Position numbers and translations under genes: made by a program. Below, one piece after another: positions 1-8,200 of a DNA stretch of 38,337 bases. Positions within the stretch are counted from its first letter, which is position 1. Each line of letters begins with the position of its first letter. Origin of the DNA: an uncultured Candidatus Poseidoniales archaeon. Lineage in GTDB: Archaea; Thermoplasmatota; Poseidoniia; Poseidoniales; Poseidoniaceae. The stretch is taken from the NCBI GenBank assembly GCA_964014905.1, contig CAXHCG010000001.1, positions 1-38,337 on the forward strand. Reading direction: 5' to 3'. The notes under the pieces are model-generated. The model did not search any database. It was not told where the DNA came from and saw only the letters and a list, made by a program, of their open reading frames with translations.

Positions 1-1072
1 ATGCAAACCGACCGCGAGGGGAAATGGTGGACATGTAGTGCAAAAGTTGTGATTTGGCGACACCGGGGTCGCCCATCAGAAGGATGTGAATGTCGCCACG
101 GTTTCGAGTCCCGTCTTCGTTAACCTGGGCTTCCCCTCCGAACAATTGGAGCATAAGGGATTCCTTGATGCGCTCCATGCCGAAAATGGACGGAGCAATG
201 CTGCGTGTCAGCAGGTCGTAAACGCCGGCGTCGCGGGCAATGTCCTTGATTTCATTCTCTTCATCCTCCGAAATGATGATTTCTTCGAGCGGAATGTTTT
301 GACGTTCAAGGGAATGGATTCGCAAAAAGATGTCGAACACAGGCGTGTCCTTGCCCCCTTTTCGCTGCGAGCGAATGAAGAGCACGCCGTTGGCTTTCAC
401 GCGGTCACCGGGATTTAAGCGGCCAGCCAGGTCTTGTTCACCGATGCAGAGAATACGCTCGGGTTGAATGCCGCCTTTCATCTGCTCAGGAAGTTCCTGA
501 AGTTCAACAAATTGGGAATTGATGAGGTGCGAGGCTTGCTGTTGGAGAATGAACCTCGTCTGGCGTTTTGGACGACCGCACCCACCGTCGATTTGGATGC
601 ACTCCAACGGCTCGATGAGTTCTTGTTCGTTCGGCTGATTGAGCTCCATGGTGTGGCCGCAAGCAACGCACTCAAACACGGCTGAGTAAAGTCGGGGACG
701 AACACCCGTGATCTTCGTGGTCACGGCGTCAATGGCGATCATTCGTCCAATGTCGTCGGCACGAAGTTGGGAAACCGTGCGAACTTGATCGCTTGGAAGA
801 TGAATGATGCGAACGAACGGCATCAAGTTTCCTTCACCGGCATCGAGAAGAAATTGACGCAGGGCTTGATTGGCTGCCCGAAAGTGATGGTCGGGATTGG
901 TCAAGATGTCTTGCGCAAACTCGTGGTCGTAGCCTTCAACTTCTCGAAAGGAGACTTCGAGCGACCCTTCGTCGGGCCACATTTTCGCCAGATTGTGAAT
1001 GGCCTCTGAGTACTTGTCTTGAAGCAGGGATGTCCATCGAGCGGGGAGGTCAAATTCCTGCATTGTCGACAT
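1..1072 (-). CDS. mcm: MCM replicative helicase, N-terminal ~357 aa. The 3' end of the gene runs off the left edge of the window.
   Basis: Absent from the supplied ORF track because it is open at the window edge. Hand reverse-complement translation from the ATG at 1072 gives MSTMQEFDLPARWTSLLQDKYSEAIHNLAKMWPDEGSLEVSF... A zinc-ribbon region reads FECVACGHTMELNQPNEQELIEPLECIQIDGGCGRP (about 560-680). The Walker A region reads RGDIHILLMGDPGVAKSQLLHYMSTISPRGRFA (1..100). An SD-like GGGAGTGA ends 6 nt upstream of 1072. Alternative in-frame ATGs lie at 1063 and 1102. Confidence 0.88.
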   Translation of the reverse strand, partial: MSTMQEFDLPARWTSLLQDKYSEAIHNLAKMWPDEGSLEVSFREVEGYDHEFAQDILTNPDHHFRAANQALRQFLLDAGEGNLMPFVRIIHLPSDQVRTVSQLRADDIGRMIAIDAVTTKITGVRPRLYSAVFECVACGHTMELNQPNEQELIEPLECIQIDGGCGRPKRQTRFILQQQASHLINSQFVELQELPEQMKGGIQPERILCIGEQDLAGRLNPGDRVKANGVLFIRSQRKGGKDTPVFDIFLRIHSLERQNIPLEEIIISEDEENEIKDIARDAGVYDLLTRSIAPSIFGMERIKESLMLQLFGGEAQVNEDGTRNRGDIHILLMGDPGVAKSQLLHYMSTISPRGRFA

Positions 1073-1261
1073 CAATTTCACTCCCGGGACTCTGTAGAAC
1101 ATAACCGATGGTTGATAATGATTCTTCGCGACAAAGCGCACCCCTTCATTTCCACTGGAGATTCACCTCTTCGCACGGGCTCGTTTTGGGGGCAAGGGCC
1201 TGTCGTGTGGAGAACGACCACGGGCGAAGAATCCATGTAGCGTGAACGGCGTCTACCCTTC

Positions 1262-1870
1262 ATGAAGGTCGCGTTTGCACATGGCTTGTGGTCGAGCACG
1301 GACAGCAGCAAAGCAGCATGGATGCGCGAACAAGGGTGGGACGTGGTAGCGCTGGACATGCGCGCACTCGGCTGGGACCAAGCCGCACAGACACGCGTTG
1401 TGCTGGACGCCATCGACCAGCACGGGCCTTTTGACGTGCTCATCGGCTCCTCGTTTGGAGGACTGGCGACCGCGAACGCTGCAGCTTTGCGGCCAGAAGC
1501 AGACCTTCGGCTCGTCCTTCTCGCGCCAGCGTTTGGCTACGATGCCTTGGTGGCACAAACCCTCGGAGAACATGGGATGGATGCTTGGGAAAAAAAGGGC
1601 GAGCATACGTTCCATCCGCCAGGGTGGAGCGAACCCGTGGTGATGCCATGGTCCTTTGTTGAAGTTGCACGCACCCATTCTTGGCCAAGCATCTCCCACC
1701 GGACCGCCATCCTGCACGGTTCAGAAGACGACGTTGTTCCGTTGGCCAACAGCGAACAAATGGCTTCGAAGCACGAGCATGTCTCGCTTCATGTCGTTGA
1801 GGACGGTCACCGGCTTCACAAGAGCTTGGGCGAGCTCATTTCGCTCACTCGACTCGTGATGGATGCTTGA
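1262..1870 (+). CDS. alpha/beta-fold hydrolase (small esterase, YqiA/UPF0227-like)
   Basis: 202 aa ORF with an ATG start. It has a GSSFGG nucleophile elbow (GxSxG), an acidic residue in GSEDDVVP, and a C-terminal DGHRL His, which together are consistent with a Ser-Asp-His triad. Confidence 0.6.
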   Translation: MKVAFAHGLWSSTDSSKAAWMREQGWDVVALDMRALGWDQAAQTRVVLDAIDQHGPFDVLIGSSFGGLATANAAALRPEADLRLVLLAPAFGYDALVAQTLGEHGMDAWEKKGEHTFHPPGWSEPVVMPWSFVEVARTHSWPSISHRTAILHGSEDDVVPLANSEQMASKHEHVSLHVVEDGHRLHKSLGELISLTRLVMDA

Positions 1871-1914
1871 AACCCAAGCGATTCCTTCATGAAACGCCAA
1901 CCGATGGACGAACC

Positions 1915-3027
1915 ATGAGTGAGCCCATGGACTATGCCAGTGCAGGGGTGGATATCGACCTCGAAGGCTCGGCCGTCGCGTCCTTGATCGGCGCTTTGTC
2001 AAAGAGCGTCCGGAAAACCGGGACGCCGGGTGCCCCGGTTGACTTGCCGGGTGGATTCGGCGGCCTCATTGAGTTCGGAGACAACCTGCTGGCGATGGCG
2101 ACGGATGGCGTTGGCAGCAAGCTGCAGATCGCCACCATGCTGGAGCAATGGGGCGGCGTTGGCATTGATTGCATGGCCATGAACGTGAACGATTTGCTCT
2201 GTGTTGGAGCCGAGCCCATCGCCTTTGTGGATTACGTCGCCGTTCCCAAACCGGACCCTGCCATCCATGCCGCTCTTGGCAAATCCCTCGCTGAGGCTTG
2301 CCGTCGTGCAAGGGTCACCCTCGCCGGTGGAGAGACGGCCTCGCTCCCAGGCATCGTCACGGAACTCGACCTTTCAGGTACGGCATTGGGTTGGCTTCCG
2401 AAAGGCGAAGCCATTACCGGTGAACACCTGAAAGACGGTGATGCTCTCATCGGTTTACCGGCATCGGGCATTCACTCAAACGGCTATTCCCTGGTTCGAA
2501 AAATCGTCAACCATGCCGGCGTGGACTACACCGATCCAGCACCGTTTGTGGCCCAACACCCGGGACGCACCTTGATGCGTTGGACCGATGGACAACCAAC
2601 GTTGGGGGAGGTCGTGCTCAACCCAACACGAATCTACTGCGACCCGGTGGTCGACCTCCTAGAGGCAGCCCGTGGCAGCAGCGAATTTACCATCGCTGAC
2701 ATTCGCGGCATTTGCCACATCACGGGAGGAGGTCTGTCGAACCTTCTTCGTCTTCACCCGACCTTGGGCTGGGACATCCACACCCCGCTTCCAGTTCTTC
2801 CTGAATTTGATTGGCTGCAATCTGCGGGTGGTGTTGAAACGCGAGAGATGTACAGGACCTTCAACATGGGGATGGGCATGGTCATCGCCGTGGATTCAGA
2901 ACAGGCTCCACGTATCCTCGAGTGGCTTCAGGCCCGAATGGAAGGCGTCGCCCTGGTCGGCCATGTTCGAGACCACGGTCATCAAGTGATCCACGCCATC
3001 AAAGGCGTTGAATTCTCTCACTATTGA
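1915..3027 (+). CDS. purM: phosphoribosylformylglycinamidine cyclo-ligase (AIR synthetase)
   Basis: Translation shows MSEPMDYASAGVDIDLEGSAV..., LPGGFGGLIEF, ATDGVGSKLQIA, DCMAMNVNDL and GGETA, all typical of PurM. The ORF-track start at 1867 is a TTG that overlaps the upstream stop codon. The first ATG at 1915 gives a canonical N-terminus. Confidence 0.93.
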   Translation: MSEPMDYASAGVDIDLEGSAVASLIGALSKSVRKTGTPGAPVDLPGGFGGLIEFGDNLLAMATDGVGSKLQIATMLEQWGGVGIDCMAMNVNDLLCVGAEPIAFVDYVAVPKPDPAIHAALGKSLAEACRRARVTLAGGETASLPGIVTELDLSGTALGWLPKGEAITGEHLKDGDALIGLPASGIHSNGYSLVRKIVNHAGVDYTDPAPFVAQHPGRTLMRWTDGQPTLGEVVLNPTRIYCDPVVDLLEAARGSSEFTIADIRGICHITGGGLSNLLRLHPTLGWDIHTPLPVLPEFDWLQSAGGVETREMYRTFNMGMGMVIAVDSEQAPRILEWLQARMEGVALVGHVRDHGHQVIHAIKGVEFSHY

Positions 3028-3070
3028 GGGATGAGTCCATCGGTGCGGTCATGAGGGAGCGTTGACTGGT

Positions 3071-4432
3071 ATGGTCATGGCCGACGACTCCGCTCCGGAT
3101 GAGAGTGCTGGCCATCTGTGGATGGAAGGGAAAACACTGGTCCATCTGCGAGCGGACCAAGAGCGCCCAACGCACATGCCGCGCGGACCTGCCAAACGCA
3201 CGGGACCGGGTTTTCTCAATCCCGCCATGGCGCCCGCACGCACACGCTCAGTGCTGTTGTTGGCCGATGCCTTGGAGCACAATTGGCTGGTCAAACCCGG
3301 CCATGACCTGCGAGCCTTGGATGCCTTGTGCGCCACAGGAGTTCGTGTTCGACGATGGCGAAATGAACTTCAGGATGAGCATCAGCACCGGCTCAGAATA
3401 TCAGCCAACGACCTCGATGAGGCGGCATTGGAATGGTTGAAAGCAACCCATGAGCGTTATCCTCCAGCAACAACGGTGAACCATGCGTTGGAAGATGACC
3501 GTTACGAACGCCCCCCAAGTGGGACCATGGAAAACGGGCTCTTTGTCATGCAAAACGATGCGCGGATTTCGCTCATGGAAGCGGCTTACCAGTGGGTGGA
3601 CCTGGACCCGTTTGGCTCACCGGTCAATTTCCTTGACGCAGCGATACAAGGCTTGTCCCGAATGGCTTTTCTCGAGGTAACAGCAACCGATACAGCAGCG
3701 CTCACCGGTTCGAGCGCATCGTCTCAGCAACGTCGCTACGGAGCAAAAGGAATCGTGGACAGCTATGCGCATGACGATGCCGTACGTGTTTTGTTGGGAG
3801 TGATTGCGACCACCGCTGCACGGCATGACCGATTCATTGAGCCGGTGCTCGCTCTGTTCGACGGTCATCATGTTCGTGTGAGTGTCAAGGTGCGACGCAG
3901 CAGAGATGAAGCCTCGGGTGTCTTGTCCTCCATGGGATGGAGGGTCAGGGAACACGACGGAACCTACCGCTTTGTCTCCCATCCTGACGCCGAACATCTT
4001 GAGCGCGCCAGTGGCCCGATGTGGATTGGCCCGCTGTGGGACATGGAAATTGCTGGCCGAATGACGGAGGAAAAGGTCCTGGAAACGTGTTTCCCTTCGG
4101 AAGAAATGTTGGATGCGCATCGAGCAGCAGGTCTTGAGTGGAGCGAAGCAGACACCGAATATGCTCAACGTGAACTGATAAGAAGCGTCCGATGCATCGC
4201 AGAGGCGGCCGATTTGATGAGCCGCGAACATACCCTCTACCACATGGATGACCTACCCAACATGGCGGGCACGGGCCAGGCTCCAAAGATGGAGGCGTTC
4301 TTCGAGGCCATCAAAGCGACGGGCCATGCTGCGGCGAGGCTACCCGACATTGATCCGTTTTTCATCACCGACGCCCCTCACGATGTCGTGATGAGCACAA
4401 CGCGAGCCATGTTGCAGGGTTCAACCGAATGA
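3071..4432 (+). CDS. trm1: tRNA (guanine26-N2)-dimethyltransferase
   Basis: FLNPAMAPARTRSVLLL and WVDLDPFGSPVNFLDAAI match the Trm1 SAM-binding D-(I/L)-DPFGS motif. The length is about 450 aa. The ATG at 3071 lies 11 nt downstream of GAGGGAG (3053-3059), whereas the ORF-track TTG at 3062 is too close to that SD-like element. Confidence 0.9.
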   Translation: MVMADDSAPDESAGHLWMEGKTLVHLRADQERPTHMPRGPAKRTGPGFLNPAMAPARTRSVLLLADALEHNWLVKPGHDLRALDALCATGVRVRRWRNELQDEHQHRLRISANDLDEAALEWLKATHERYPPATTVNHALEDDRYERPPSGTMENGLFVMQNDARISLMEAAYQWVDLDPFGSPVNFLDAAIQGLSRMAFLEVTATDTAALTGSSASSQQRRYGAKGIVDSYAHDDAVRVLLGVIATTAARHDRFIEPVLALFDGHHVRVSVKVRRSRDEASGVLSSMGWRVREHDGTYRFVSHPDAEHLERASGPMWIGPLWDMEIAGRMTEEKVLETCFPSEEMLDAHRAAGLEWSEADTEYAQRELIRSVRCIAEAADLMSREHTLYHMDDLPNMAGTGQAPKMEAFFEAIKATGHAAARLPDIDPFFITDAPHDVVMSTTRAMLQGSTE

Positions 4433-5179
4433 AGGGTCGATGTCTGTGACGTCCGCTCCGTCTGGAGCTGGGAGCATCTGAGAGGCGTTTTCAATGATGT
4501 CGCGAACGTTATCCTCAATCGTTCGGGCGTTCTCAAGAAGGTCGGTCAAGGGAATTTCAAAGCCGGTTAGATCGCCCACGGCTTCAACCGCCAGCGCAGC
4601 GGCTCGGGCATCGGGGTACATGGGGCTAGCCTCGGAAAGCAAAGCCGTGATGTCAATGCCCAGACGATCGCCTTCGCCCAACAAGAACCCCGTAATGCCA
4701 GAGACAATGCCCTGTTGAATCGGTTCGATGTCCAGCCTTTTGAGACGTTCACGAGCGACAGGGATGGAACCGACTCCGAACAACTCACCGGTGCTCAGTT
4801 CCTTTTCCGGCCGCGTGATGCCGTCGATGATGATGAGTTGATCGAATCCACCTTTGGTGAACCATTCCAAAACGGTGGAAGCAAACATGATGTCGGTCTC
4901 TGTGCCAAATTGAATTTCTGACGTAAACACACCGATGCCATCGCCCTGATAGACGCGGACAGGGTGCTTTGGAACTTCGTCATGAATCAGGGCGACGGCG
5001 GGGAAATCCTTGTGCATCACCGTTCCAAGTTGCCGCAAGCCCAGGGTCTTGATCATGTGCGAAGTCGCAATGACACCGACCATGCCGGCGGTGGTAAAAC
5101 CGCAGACGGCAACGCCACCTGTTCGTGGATCAGCGTCCTGGTGCAACACCAGTGAATAGGATTGCAGATTTGCATCCAT
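4421..5179 (-). CDS. PAC2-family protein (archaeal proteasome assembly chaperone PbaA/PbaB-like, COG1938)
   Basis: Translation shows MDANLQSYSLVLHQDADPRTGGVAVCGFTTAGMVGVIATSHMIKTLGLRQLGTVMHKDFPAVALIHDEVPKHPVRVYQ, the typical PAC2 N-terminal core. The gene is paralogous to 18112..18915. I trimmed the ORF-track start (5311) to the ATG at 5179 because the extension overlaps the 3' end of gene A. The C-terminus is ...DIDPSFG. Confidence 0.75.
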   Translation of the reverse strand: MDANLQSYSLVLHQDADPRTGGVAVCGFTTAGMVGVIATSHMIKTLGLRQLGTVMHKDFPAVALIHDEVPKHPVRVYQGDGIGVFTSEIQFGTETDIMFASTVLEWFTKGGFDQLIIIDGITRPEKELSTGELFGVGSIPVARERLKRLDIEPIQQGIVSGITGFLLGEGDRLGIDITALLSEASPMYPDARAAALAVEAVGDLTGFEIPLTDLLENARTIEDNVRDIIENASQMLPAPDGADVTDIDPSFG

Positions 5180-5216
5180 AACAGCCGCTCCGATGTTGTC
5201 CCAGTCAAGGTTCTGT

Positions 5217-5222
5217 AAAAAA
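5217..5222 (-). terminator. oligo-T tract (T6 on the minus strand) just downstream of giant gene A. It is a possible archaeal termination signal and/or part of a TATA-like element for the PAC2 gene.
   Basis: The minus-strand sequence reads TGA TTCAGACGGGTCATTTTTTACAG. The tract lies 14-19 nt after the stop at 5236-5238 and 38-43 nt upstream of the ATG at 5179. Confidence 0.3.
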
Positions 5223-5235
5223 TGACCCGTCTGAA

Positions 5236-8200
5236 TCAGTCTTCCCAAGCGGCCCAATCTTCCCAGCCTTCTTCCCGGTACCACCAGATGCCTTCTTCGT
5301 CTTCCCACCATTCTGTACCGTTTTCGTCAACCGTGATGCCGTCATCTTCCGCAACGGCTTCTTCTTCCCAAGCCTCTTCTTCTGCGGCCTCTGCGTCCCA
5401 CGTTTCTGATTCATCAGCGGCCTCTCCAGCGGCGTCTTCAGCCGTTGCGCCGAACTCAAAAGCGTCGGCTTGACTGCCAACGCTCGGCGACGTTGCGAGG
5501 CCCTCAGGAGCATCGGTGTGAAGGGATTTGCCCGACCCCTTGAGTTCATCAAGCGATTTTGAAGCGGTTAAGTCAACGCTTGTCGGGCGCCCGGTTTGCT
5601 CAGGAGCCGACAAGGCTTGCTCAAAGTAATCCTCGTCGTCATCGTCATCATCGACGAAGTCCAAGTCGTCTCGACCCCGCATGTAGAGAACACCGCCGAT
5701 GGCAGCACCGATGGCAAGAACCAATCCAATGCCAACCAGCACCGGCGTCATGGCGTTTGACGCATCGTCCTCGATTGGCGTATCATCAACGGTTTGAACG
5801 GGCATCTCGCCGAGCGTCCATTGCAATTCACCTTCCGTACTGGCGGCTGGCGTGACCATGGAGTCGCACTGATTGGCTCCGCCCTGCTCCGAGCACGTGA
5901 TGGAAACGACGTAGCCCACGCCCTGTAGACCGGGGAACAACCCGTCGGATGGTCCATTGCGAACCGGTTGGAAATCAACCTCCGTCGAGCCTTGCGCAGA
6001 AATGATGAGCGCCGGCCCGCTCAAGGAAGACGATTCAAAGGTGATTGGTGGAGGCGTTGCGGGGATCACTTTCCAGGAAAAACCGGCGAGCACATCAAAC
6101 GAGTTTGGGTTGGTGATGGTGCACGAAATGGCTTCATCGGTGCCGTTGTCTAGCCACGCATATGTCGCAGTTCCACAGTCAACGGTAGCGGGAAGTGTCA
6201 CGGCAGGGAACGTGGGCTCCGTGGTATCATTGGTCTCCTCGGTATCGTTGGTCCCGTCGTCAACCACAGGGGGAGACTGCAAAGCAAACGAATTGGTAAA
6301 GCCTGGAATGTAGAATGCGGGAGGGTCGTTGCTCAGAGCAATCATCAAGTGACCGTCATAGACAGCGTTTCCTGAAACGAGGAGTTCGTTGCCCCGCACA
6401 TCGGCGGAACCGTTACTTGTTTGAACGCCGTTCGGATCGAAGGCTTCCCACATCACGCCCATGTTGGCCAAATACAGGGCCTGAACGCTGTCTTCAGCAT
6501 CCACGGCGATGATGGTCTCAAAGAAGCCATCCTGTTGAACAGGAATTGGTTCATCGGGCGTGATGGAAACCAACACTGTACCGAACGCCGACGCCGTTGA
6601 TGATGCGCCCTCAAGGGGTTGGTTTGTGGCATCCCCTTGGTTGCCGGCATACGCCATGTTGAGGGTCATTGGGCCCACGGCATCGATTGGCCCAAGGCTG
6701 GAGAGGGCATCGATCGAAAGGGTTGCATGCCCCGTGATGTTGGTGGTCATCTCAATGGCATATGTTTCGTCCGTGCCCGCGATGGTGAGCGTCAATGCGC
6801 CGTTGGCAATACCTGACCCGTTTTGGTGAAGATGAGCGGCGACCTCCAACCCTTTTGTCCGTGCGAGCAGGACCGTTCCATCCAGTTCTCCTCCTGTGAA
6901 ATCGGTGAAGCTCACATCAAGCGTGGTGCTCAAGGACGAATCGTTTCGCGAATACACTGGGCCAACGGCTGTGACGTTGGTCGAGGCGTTTCCATAGACA
7001 TCCAAGCCAATGGCCGCAACGTAGTAAGCGGATCCGTCGACAAGAGGGTGGCCTGTGCTGTCTTCATGAATGACCAGCGAGGTGGTTGTTGCATTGGTCG
7101 TCAAGGTGGTGGTTTGGGACGCTACATCGGAAAAGTTGTTTGGCAGGACAAAGAGGCGATGTTCAACGATTGACTCGTCTCCGAGACTCCATGAGATGTT
7201 GAGGGCTCCGCCTTCATCCCCAGGCACGTCCACTGCCGTCAAGTTCGGGATGAAGGACTTCGGAAGCGGGTAGGGCACAGTCGTGGTCAAGGGCGATGAG
7301 AGGTTGCTGGTAACACCGAACTGATGGATGCTTTGAACCCAATATGTCCACGACTGCCCCGGTTGAACATTGACATCGATGGTGTTGTTTGCCACCGTGG
7401 AGGTGAGGGGATTTTGCAGGTCAACGGACTGTCCGGCCGGAGACCGATAAACAATGAAGTCGAGCAGGTCATCACCAAAAGCGGTAATGGGTTGCCATTG
7501 AATCACCACACGGTCCGACTCCACATCAACAAACCGAAGATCGGGAGTGGGTGGGAGAGCGATGTTCGGAGCACCGTCAATGAAGCCTAAGTTGGGGTTG
7601 TAGATGACGAACGTGCCGTTAATCGTGGAATTGAAATTGAACGGTATCAACAACTTGCCCGACCCCGCTGTCATCTGTTGATTGAGCACGTTGCTCAAGT
7701 TGGCCGAAACGCTTGGATTCGCATTGACCAAAAAGTCGGCCGTGTAGTGGACTTCTAAACCGCTCAACGTGAACGTTCCCTCGGTGATGGAATGCATGGA
7801 AAGATTGACCCCTGCCATCTGAATCCCGTATCCGTCAGACGTGTAAGGAAGCCCGGGGCTGAGGACGTTGAGGGTATTTGTCAACTCGCTCGTGGTGTCT
7901 TCAATCATGAGCATGGACAAACCATTGCTGCCGTTGCCCGCATAGCCTTCTGCCCCCACATCGACCATCCCGTCGCGGTCGATGTCGTAACCAACCCTGT
8001 GGTAGGCTGAGATGAAGACGCCGTGTTGGTTACCTTCGCCAACCAACATCAGTTGCTCAATGGAACCATCACCGTCCATGTCGCCAAAATGAACGGCACG
8101 TGGAGAAGTCCAAGGGTCAAAGACTGCTGTGGTTTGACTGCTGACGCGATTGTCATAGCCCCATCCGCTGGAGAACGCATACGCTGAAACGTTGCCGGTC

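Noticed and set aside
86-1009. Plus-strand ORFs 86..418, 434..685 and 767..1009, and minus-strand ORF 478..705.
   Set aside because: They are antisense to, or out of frame with, the hand-recovered MCM coding sequence. They have alternative start codons and no recognisable motifs.
1073-1261. Replication origin or small RNA (C/D box) in the spacer next to mcm.
   Set aside because: I saw no ORB-like repeated elements, no long AT-rich unwinding stretch, and no convincing C (RUGAUGA) and D (CUGA) box pair. It is most simply a divergent promoter region.
3617-4243. 208-aa minus-strand ORF inside trm1, together with 3945..4286 and 3049..3336.
   Set aside because: It is antisense to a gene with clear Trm1 motifs, and nothing in its translation suggests a real protein.
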